Source: Klebsormidium nitens (taxonomy: Eukaryota > Plantae > Klebsormidiophyceae). From it: 64,000 bases of DNA. A program made the translations under genes and the position numbers. The notes beneath the pieces were generated by a model, which was given only the letters and a program-made list of their open reading frames with translations, ran no database searches and was not told the origin of the DNA. Positions 26,071 to 35,903 of the stretch are shown here, in pieces (positions within the stretch are counted from its first letter, which is position 1; each line of letters starts with the position of its first letter). The stretch covers positions 7,480 to 71,479 of the forward strand of contig DF237004.1 in the NCBI GenBank assembly GCA_000708835.1, read 5' to 3'.

Positions 26071-26254
26071 GTAAGTATCGAAAGCTTCCTGCTCGAAAGT
26101 GGATTGTCAAGCGTCAAGTTGCTGCATGTTCGAGTTTGCCTTGCCTTTCAATCTCAGTATTAGGGCTTGATTCGTTCAAATATTCGCAGCGATTTGGGTT
26201 TTAACAAGTCATTTTGCTCAAGTGAACTGTCTGGCTGCTTGAAGCAGCTAGTGC

Positions 26255-26326
26255 GCAGGGGTGTGCAATATGGTCTGGGTAGAAAGAGCAGCAGGGGTGT
26301 TCAATATGGTCTGGTTGGAAAGAGCA
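26255..26326 (+). repeat. 36-bp tandem duplication inside the transposon
   Basis: gcaggggtgtgcaatatggtctgggtagaaagagca followed by gcaggggtgttcaatatggtctggttggaaagagca. Confidence 0.85.
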
Positions 26327-26770
26327 GCTGGAGTTCAGTGCAGGGATTTGCAATCGAGCAATCAGTCTTTTTGGGATTTCAATTCTGCGCAGACTGCAGG
26401 CATGGGCATAGTGCACATCTCAGCGCCATCTTTTCTGCCTTTGCTTCAATGATAAAGCACCCCTTTCTTTCGAACACCTTGAAACCCCACTTTCACGAGT
26501 TTTTGTCTCAATGATCATGAGAAAGACACGCTTCTTGCTAGCGTCCCTGCTTTGAAGCTCCTTGTCCAGGTGTTTGACTGGCCCCCCTTGTTGACTGGCT
26601 CCAAAGTTTGCTCGGCACCTAGAGGAAATGAACTTGGTGTTTTCGGTCAACTCTTCTTGTAAACCCTCACAAACCCGGGAAACTTTTCTGCGGCCAACTC
26701 TAGGCCTAGTATTAGGGACTAGTTCAAAAGCTTTTTTTAGTATACATGGTGACTGATTGAGGCTTTGTTG

Positions 26771-29700
26771 ATGTGCAAGATCGCTGTCCATGTCAAGTAC
26801 CCCCACTTCAAGCCCGCGGTGGAGCAGCTCGTCATGCACATGAACGGCGGTCGGGCTGATGCCAAGCGGGCGTCAGTTTCGATCTACATGGGGAAGAGCA
26901 CCTGGAAGACGGTGGTCAAGAAGCTGGCTGACGAGGCGTCCATGGGTGATTTGGGAGGCGCTATCCGGGTCTCCGAGTCCACTCTGAAGAAGCATCGGAA
27001 GCGAGCCGATCGGTCCATCCAACCCAAGATAGCAGATCCTGCCGGGCAGGTGGATCTCTCCTCTCGCAAGGTGGCCAAGGTCCTCCTCCCCACGGAGGAT
27101 GAGCAACCAAACGGGTACATCATGAACAAAGCCCTGAAAGAGCTCGAGGCTTGGGCGGTTCTGAACTCATATTGGGTCAACACTGACAACACGTGAGAGT
27201 TTATGACCAGCTTCAGAGCCTTTTCTGCTTGTACTTCCACTGAGAAAAGTGAACGTAGTCTGTCTACTGGTCAGCTAGGAGGAAGTCAGGTTTTGATGGT
27301 GGAGTAGACAACCAGCATGCGTCCTTGTGTGTATATGACTGATTCTGTTTGCATACTTCCAAATCTGACCCATTCTTGTTGCGTGCTTTCAGTTACTGTT
27401 CGTCAGCGAGTAGAAAGCCAGGTTTGATGGTGGGTTTGACCATACTTCAATTCTGCCTGCTATTATTGTTGCATGTTCAGTTACTGGTTGCTGCGCAATT
27501 CCTTCTTGATCCTTTTTCACTTATCCATAACCTTTGCGCAGGGACGACAAAGCAAACCTGCTCCTCGACCTGATATACTCGAAGAAGACCCTCCTCCAAC
27601 TCCTCTACCAGCAGCGGCCCAGTGCTGAGTTCAACCTGGACGCATACGACAAGCAAGTGAAAGCTCACATGCACGATCCCCCGACTGCTGCGGGGTATAA
27701 GCTGGTCCTCAGCTCTCATCTACTCCTCCACCTAGGGACGGATGCTGTGACGGAAGCCGTACCTCAAGGTAAATTAGCAGGGTGCCGTTTGTGTCTCGTG
27801 CTCAAAGAGTAATTGCTTTAACTGGTCTCAGCTTATTCTGACATGCTGGTTTTGCTGGTCCGTGACAGTCACATGTTCGACATGCAGGCGTCCTTTTCTG
27901 GATAAAGATGGTACACTGTCGCTCGTTTGAAGTCTGTGCTTGTTGCGCTTGCACGTTGTCTTGTTTTTCGGTCCAAAATCCGGACAATTGGAGCATTTGG
28001 TATATGCAAACCATGCTGAGTGCTGAATGCGTTTCAAACTTGTGTGGCAAGGTGGACCGCGTCCGGTGCTGCTCTGGGATGTCTCTGGTCGGAAGCACAC
28101 GCGCGACGGCCTCATGGTCGTGTACGTCAAGGGGATGAAACTGCAGCGATCCACAGCGTACGAACACACGCGCAACATGCTCCACAACCTGGAAGCGTCG
28201 CCTGAGCTGTACCAGGTGCGAAGCTGTGCTAATTTAGCATCAGGAGATTTCACCGTCAAACTGATTGCTGTAAACAGTGGAACGAAAGGCCCTTGTACTT
28301 TCTGCTTCATCTTAGTTCAGACGTTTGTCCTAATGCTATGGCTTGTCTGATTCGGATCGGCAACACAATAAGGCGTCTGAAGTGCTCGATTGCAGCTCTC
28401 AGAATCATCAGCATAAGTATTGGGCTGTCCACAGATGTCTTTCCGCACCCAAAAGGCTCCCGAGATTCAGACATGCACGGCGCTGTTGCCACCAATATCA
28501 GCTGAAACCACCCGCAATTGATGTCCCAACAGCAGTCAGCCCCATGGACGATAGATCAGGATGTGGTGTTCTCCTTCACATCCAAGGTATGGGATGTCTT
28601 GAATCGTGATTGATATCCTGATTCCATGTGCACACATTCAGGTTCCAGGAACGGAGAAGACAAAGCCCATCCTGGTCAACATGGTGGACGGCGGTGGCGA
28701 CGAGAACCCCCGCTTCTACGCCAAAAAGATGGCTTCCGCTGTGCTATTCATGCGCGGCGGGTATGAGCTACTCATTTGCGCGACGCGCGCTGCCGGCTGG
28801 AGTGCGTACAACCCGGTGGAGCGCGGGCAGTGCTACCTGACCCAGGCGTTAGACGGCTGCATTTTCGAGTCGGACTTCTACGGCAAAGTGCGGTTGAAGG
28901 CGGATGGTACAGCGGCTTCTGATGCGGTTCGTCGCATTTCACCATCACTCTTTGAAAAGTCCCAGCTGATTCCTCGCTTGCCCGTTTTAGCACGTGTTGC
29001 TTTGCAGGGCCCCTACAAGCTGGTTTTGCAGTCTCATGCTTGTGGGTGTAGGTGGCAGATTGTATTGCAGGCTGTGCGTAGGCCTAGATTTGTTGAGCCT
29101 GAAGCCTTTCTCAAAGCACTTGAGCTTCACCAGGAAAGGTTTGCTCGATCCCTACAAGCTGGCTTCGCAGTCTCAGGCTGGTGGGCGTTTGTGGCAGCTT
29201 GTGTTTGAGGCTCTCCGCTGTCCTTGGTCTGTGGAGTCTGAAGCCTTTCAAAGCACTGAAATGCCCCCCGAGGAAGGATTGACACGCCTGGGGTTGATCG
29301 TGTGCCGTCAAAACAGTTCATTAATGTTTTCACTTGAGTGGCACGACGATAAGATCTCTTCATATCTGCAGGACGCTAAGCTGGAAGGACGAAACTTCGA
29401 GTACGCGGTGGAAAAGTGCCGGGCCACGTTAAACAGATCAGCGGCCTTTGAGAGGTAAGCAGGTCGAACGCTTGCTCTTCAATACAAGGCTGTTTTGAGA
29501 CTCAGGGCAAGCAGCCTTGACAAAGATTGTCTAGTTGATAAGCCGGTGATTCAGATGCTCTTGATTCAGCTGTGGCGCACATTGATTTGCTGCACTATTG
29601 ACCGCAGAATCAGGGCCAGACTCTGATGGTGAATATTCTATGCTCATGAACACAAATCTGGTTATCTAGGTTGTACACAACTGTTTCGGATCCTCTGCAA

Positions 29701-30497
29701 ACAGACCTATACTAACGTGCATCATGGTTGTTTTTTGCAGGGAGATCAAGGCTGTCGTCCCCCCCCCACCTCAAAGCAGCTCCCCGTTTGTATATATTGA
29801 CCACGAGGCGTTTGAGAGCTACCGCAAGAGTAGCGGGGAAGGCGGGTGCGGATGCCAGACGGAAGACCGGTGCTCGAGCGCTCGGTGCCGGAAGTGCTGG
29901 GATCAGGGTCTGCCGTGTACGAAGCGCTGCAAGTGTCAAGGGAAGTGCGGCAATCCACATCTGATGCCGCTCCCCGAAGACCTGGCTTGCTATCCCGTGG
30001 AGAATCGCGCGCTCGTCTCCCTCGAGGAGATTGTTGCGCAGCTAACTCCGCGAGATGTTGAGTTTTGGGCGTTGAAACATGGCAGGTTCAGGCACTACTG
30101 GTTCCAGTACAAATTGTGCGATCTCGCGGAGGCGGAGAGTTGCTGGTACTGTAGTCGGTTCGGCGAAAGGCAGATACCTACTCTGTCTTTCTTCCCCATC
30201 GTTTCCGTCCCTGACGGTGAAGGGAAGTACGTCGACCTGAAAGAGCGTGCGGAATTGGTGAAGAAAAGGGATCCAAGTGCGGAGGCCTTCTTTGCCGACT
30301 CTGCGCTCCCCTCAGTGATTCTGGCCACCGCCTGGCAAGCGTCACCAACACTGACTGACGAAGCATTGTCCAAGTTAGTTGACGCCACAAATCTTCAGAG
30401 GGCTTCAATTGTAAATTATTTTAGGAAGAAGAATGAAGCGCCCAGAGAAAACAATGCTGCTGACAGAGACAGAATTGTAGAAGATGGTGTCGAATAA
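26771..30497 (+). CDS. Spliced Zator-like DDE transposase with CXC and homeodomain-like C-terminal modules
   Basis: Exons 26780 (or ATG 26771)-27192, 27542-27768, 28052-28215, 28642-28887, 29372-29454, 29741-30497, phases consistent. Candidate catalytic motifs TDDKA (27543), VDGGGDENPR (D at 28687) and SAYNPVER (E at 28819; 43 residues between D and E). Further motifs HDPPT..YKLV and LEGRNFEYA. Family assignment is from recalled motifs. Confidence 0.8.
29011..29260 (+). repeat. Diverged ~139-bp tandem duplication in a transposase intron
   Basis: ccctacaagctgg at 29011 and 29150; both copies continue through similar sequence to ctgaagcctttc. Confidence 0.8.
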
Positions 30498-32490
30498 CAT
30501 AACATTATACAAATTGCACTCGCAACTTGAGTCTCACGTACGGATGGAGGCTAATAAATCTGCTTGTATCAAGAAGATGGTTCGATGCTGTTTGGAATCG
30601 CAATAAATTAGCGCGTGATGTGCAGCGGTTCATCTCACTTGCGTCTGTCATACCTAGCTAGTATATATGAAATTGATTACATGTTCGAGAGAATGTATGG
30701 TGACATTTGCTACGATCTCATTGGGTCCTCGGTCACTCAGCACTGCCAAGCATAATATATACTAATATCATTCATACATGGTTCGACTGCATGATGTCGT
30801 GCATCATTAACAAGAGCTATACATGCTAATTCAAGAAAGGCAAGGCTTGGCGACATATTTGGAAAGCGGTCTTGATTTATGGCCATGCAGATTGAAGAAC
30901 ATGGTATGATGTTCTCTTTTTACGCGGTAGCCACCTGGATGATGAAAATGAGATACGAGTGCAAGATTGTGGTCAGGATACAGATGTGACATGGATTGTA
31001 TATTGCAAGCATGTATTTAAGAGCAGCTGTCCTGACTGCTGTGGCGGTTCATGCGCAGGTTCATATGCATGCCGATTACTACGGTACCATGCCCTACACT
31101 CAAAGTGACAATGTGACATGGCTGCGTGTGGCTTGCATGATCATACGGTCCAAAAAAAAAAACTCAAAGTGACATGGGGGGGGGACCTGAGGGTCGAAGA
31201 TTAGGGTTTGTGCGATGAAGGGGGGGGTACTTGAGACCTATACAATACTTCTCGGCATGGGGGGGGGACTTGAGGCTTAAGCCAACGGGCCAAGTCAACA
31301 TGGGGTGAAACCTGAAAGCTCATACAAAAACCCCTCAGCAGTTAATACGGGGGGTACGGCTTCAAAATGACGCTTCCCTTAAATAGTCCAGACCATGTTT
31401 ACGTCCAAGCCTAGACTGCCCCGCGCGGCTGCGCAGAATTAAATGCTACTCGGAATCGTTCGCGGACGCGAAGTTGCCGCCCCAAAAATCCGTAACGATG
31501 TAACGTTTGGCCTCGATTTCTCCGAACAGGCCTGCTCTAAAGCTGCCACGTTGCATGGCGAGGTCAAAATAGCTGCCACGTCCTGATTCGTACCGCTGCC
31601 CAACATCTGACACTGTGAAGCACCCCGGGCTCTGAACGTCGAAATCAAAATTCAAAACACCCTTATTTGCGATGGACTCCTTCAGTACTGCTTGCCTTGG
31701 GATTTCAGAAGGTATTAAAGTGCCCGGAAGGTAGAGTGGCGAGTAGCCTGGTACGCACTGTAGAGATACCCACGGTGCGTACCAGAAGATGGTGTACGGA
31801 TTACGTCTAACGTGTGCGCGCTCGCGCAAGACTTCCATGGATAGAGCCACGTACAAGATATTAAAACGCCAAACAATGCCCTTTTAAAATTTTGCCCAGT
31901 CGCACCACAGAGAGGCAAGCCCCCGCCGCCCTTCTGGGCGGTCTATCATGTACATGGCCCGGGTGATTGCACATGCAGTTTTACGTCTCAAATCCAAATC
32001 TAAGTGGCGTGCATGTACATACGCAGCTGCGTGATAGTACACTGAGTCAAGGTAGCCGCTGGGGGTGCTGCCGGCCTGCCTGCGGATGCAACATTCCATA
32101 TAATACTTCCGAGTCCGATCGATACGCGAGGGCAGCAACTTCAACATAAAACAAGAGTTCATTTGATGCGCGGCATCAAACATGCGTTGGGAGCTTGCCT
32201 TCCGCTCAAGCATTTGGAAACACTTGACAATATAAGCGCACCTACTTCTCTGCTTCATCTATGGAACATGTTTTGGACCATGCGGATTTTCGCGCCAGTT
32301 TGCGTGCTGAGTCTACTCGTCGACAAGCTTGAGTTGCTAACTTTTGGCCCGTCGATTCCGGATCTACTGCAAAGGCAGAAAGCTTCTTCTCTGTAAGGTG
32401 CTCGAAACTTCAGGTCTGCTATTTGGCGGCGGCCGGTGCTCCTGGAACTGGTGTCCGAGCTAGCCCTATGACGATCCCGTACATGATGAC

Positions 32491-34556
32491 CTAATCTGCC
32501 TTCGTAGTGTCCTGCTTCTTTGCCCGACTCGCTTTGCAATGTTTTCTGTGGGTATTCCAGTGCAGCTTCTGATGCTCCTTGCTGCATGAACGAAGCACAC
32601 GTGATGCTTGGTTAGCGGGGTTTGGTTGACACGTGATAACCCGATTGCAAGTGCTAAAGTAGACTCGCAGAAACGTTGCTCGGGCTTGTGTGCAGAGTCA
32701 ACCATGCCCGACTCTGGTGCATGATTTTCAATCCAATGATCGAAAGAAAATTGCAAAATTGGCGAGGAAACTGCGTCCAAGGTAGTCAATCAGCTCAAGA
32801 GTCTGGTCTGGCCTAACTACCCAAGCTACTCATCAGCAAAATCATAGCGAGAAGATTCGCAGCTTCTGCCGAGGATTACTACGACTGACAAGAACGAAGG
32901 CTCCTTGTCAGAATCGTAATGCGGCCGCAAACAGCCAATCGGTTCCAGAGCTTCTTCTATCGAACTTATATTGAGCTTCTCAACGTTTTGTTGGCCCGCT
33001 CTGATCTCAACGTTGCAATGAAAAGGGACGGTTCGAAGCCAGAAGTCGGCAACGGCCAGAAATTTCACGGGTCTTTGACGTCATTGGCGATACGATCATG
33101 ATGTAACAACGGCTAGTGCAAAGTAAAGCCTTCGGAAAGACATTCCCGACCAAAATAACAGTCGCAATCTTAAGCTTACTGATGTGGAGAAGAAAGGCGT
33201 CTGTCCGATGATGCAAGAAACTAAACGGATCCACTGAATCGGCAACTAGTCGCATACGCGCAGAACGCAAAGCATTGCCGCAGATGAAAAGGGTATCTGA
33301 CTATACGACGTAGGCTCTCACCTGCAGTATCGCGCCACCTGGCAGCGCCCGCACGACGGGCTCGCGGCCGGCCGCGCACAGCTTCCGCGAGCACACAACC
33401 GGGGCCAAGTACTGTCTGCTGAGCTGTTCTTCCGCGAGCTCCCAATCCGCGGCGGAAAGCTCGCGTCTCAGGGGCATGTCTAGACCTCGCAACCTGCCTT
33501 CGTAGTACGCCCACGGGTGGGAGTCCGGTTCCGCGCCGTTGATCGTCCGCTTGTGGGGGCGGAATCCTTCGAGCGCGTTGTGCGCGCGCAGCTTTCAAAA
33601 GGAAAGTTTCCGCAAGGATGTCCACGGAAAGCAAGCGGAACAGGGCGATGTTGCAGCTGCGGTACGCCGGAGACGCCACCCGCTTGGACTGTTTGGACAT
33701 CTCTCGCACGGGGGACGCTTCATAGATGGCCGCAATGAACTATAGGAGGCCCCGGTCGATCGCCCACATTTGACTGTCCGCAGAAGACGCGAGCGAGACT
33801 GCTAGACCCGCCATTAAAGCGAGTCGGATCCTTCGGACAACGTCAGGAGACATCTGCGCCAAGAACTGCGAGCGCAGCAGGTTCGTGAGTTGCTCGAACA
33901 TGTTCCGCTCATCCGATGCGTCGCGGATGGCGTCCCGGAACGCTTTCGAAGCCCGCGCAAAGTTGGCCAGGCATTCCAGAGAACCGGCCACGACCAAAGT
34001 GCCCAAAGATTTTAAGGCCGGGAAGTTCCAGAGGCCCCCCGAAATGCGCACAATCTTGCAGAAGTGGGCGATGTGGAGCACAAGACGCGCGTACATCTGC
34101 CGCGCGTTCTCCTTCTTTTCCGACCCGCTTCCGCTCCGTTTCTGGTCCGGTGCTCCTCCCTCGTCTTTTTTCCCCCGCTCTGTTCCGTTTCCATCCTCTT
34201 CCGGCCGGAATCCGTATTCCTCCCCTCCCAGCCGCAGTCCCGCGCTCCACTACCACCTTGCTCGACGTCAGCATCCCAAGCGACAGCGTGTAACTAGAGG
34301 CGAGGAGGTGTTGGCGACCTTTGCTGTCGCCGTCAATCCGATATGGTCGCCCGAGCGTCAGCCACAAGAGCCGCCTAAGAACGGCACCTCCGTCCCATGC
34401 CGCTATTTCCTGGGCGAGCCTAGCAAAGCGCAATCCATTCTCATCTTCCGGACTCTTACAGAGGCCCATCGGCAGACTGCATCCGCTCCGGATTCCGTCG
34501 TCTGACGTCAGCAGGGAAGCGCAGCGCTCCACGGTCTCGTCTAGGTCACCCTGCAT
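32491..34556 (-). pseudogene. Pseudogenised paralog of the MYND gene at 10418-12685, in inverted orientation
   Basis: Starts MQGDLDETVERCASLLTS and has the same intron position (donor after YCS; exon 2 at 32581-32491, KEHQKLHWNTHRKHC). Lesions: frameshift after SKVVV (~34245), in-frame TAG after RGLL (33740-42), frameshift near 33600, and a net 20-nt loss just before CGRC. Confidence 0.88.
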
Positions 34557-35903
34557 CGTGTTGCAAATAAACGCGCGCCTCTCAATTCGAGACATTTCGT
34601 CCCAATTGCTATGACAGATCTGAGAATCTCGTGAGCTCCGATGCGGCCTCCATCTCTTTAAGTACAGAAGGCGCCAAAGAAGTTTTCGTCCTAGTTGCGA
34701 TGGCGCTTCTGAAAGATCTTGTGAGCTCTGGTGCAGCTTCGCAGCTTGTCCTTTCCCCTCGCATAGCGCTTCGTGGCTTCCTTTTTGCAACCCGCTTCGC
34801 TCTCTGCATCGCATAACAGTGTGCGCTGCGTGCTGGCCAGGCGGCCTCCGTCTCTACCACGCTTCGTGCATGCGTGCGCCGCTTGCCAGTGTCCGGACAG
34901 GAGCGCATATACAGCTACTGAAGAGATCACACATGTATGCTGCGAATCAGAGAATGGCACTTGAGTAAATTGGGCCTTAAAGCGACCGGCCACGTACAAA
35001 ATTGTGCAGTAACACTGAACAATTCAGTTGGGCGAGTTGGCACCGGTCACCACTAATTCACGAAGTAATTGACTGCATGAACCGGAACTTCAATTGGAAT
35101 CACGTAAAGCAAAACTGCCGCCTGAGTTTGCAACTGTCGAGCGCAAGATTTTAGCGTACAAGCCACAAGCCACAAGCCACAATATACTTGCTACATGTCC
35201 TTCCATATCCCTGGCGAGCTATATCTTGGCCTGCAATGAATCAAAATTTTGAGGTTAACCCTCAAAATGAGGATCGGGGCCTCAGGATGACGTTGCGATC
35301 CTGCGGATTGCTTGCGCGATCAAAGAAGATGCATGCAATTGGCACCATATTGCATCATCATGCTCGTGCCGGGTTCATTAAGCAGGTCCGACACGAACTA
35401 ATTTACGGTGTTTGCTTCACGTTACCATTGGCTGCAGAAGACTGTGCCCATTTAAGAGGTCTTCACACGAACATATTATGGGCGAGGACCATGATGGCTG
35501 GAATATAGTGACGCCGAACCGGTGCGTGTATCCTTTTGCGAGGGCTAGCTGGACTGTGGCTGGACAAGTTAGATTACCAACGGCCTGGCCTCGGATATGG
35601 ACCAAAAGAAGAAGAGACGATGTTCCCTTATGAAGCCCGAATGGACCACGATTACGCGATTTGCCAGTTAACCTGGACTCACAGTGTCTAAAAGAATACT
35701 CAAATCTATAAGAATCACTCGACAAGGGGCGCAAATCGCCGTAAGAACAAACCTACCTTCGAAGTATAATCCAGACCTCTTAAACCTCCATCTCAAATGC
35801 CAGCCAGCAAAGTCTTAACATGAACCTAGAAGAAGTAAGACCAACATGTCAATGTATCCTAACATATCTCGATCAAAAGACACCACCTTGTCTATTTTCA
35901 GTG

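Larger units (their letters stand above)
22741..31379 (+). mobile_element. 8,639-bp cut-and-paste DNA transposon, Zator/TP36-like (IS630-Tc1-mariner related)
   Basis: 44-bp TIRs with 1 mismatch: AGGGAGGCGTCATTTTGAAGCCGTACCCCCCGTATTAACTGCTG at 22741-22784 and 31336-31379. TA on both flanks (22739-40 and 31380-81). Contains a DDE transposase gene. Confidence 0.9.

Noticed and set aside
35246-35268. Hairpin ATTTTGAGG-ttaac-CCTCAAAAT as a Helitron 3' end
   Set aside because: No CTRR terminus follows and no other Helitron features are visible.
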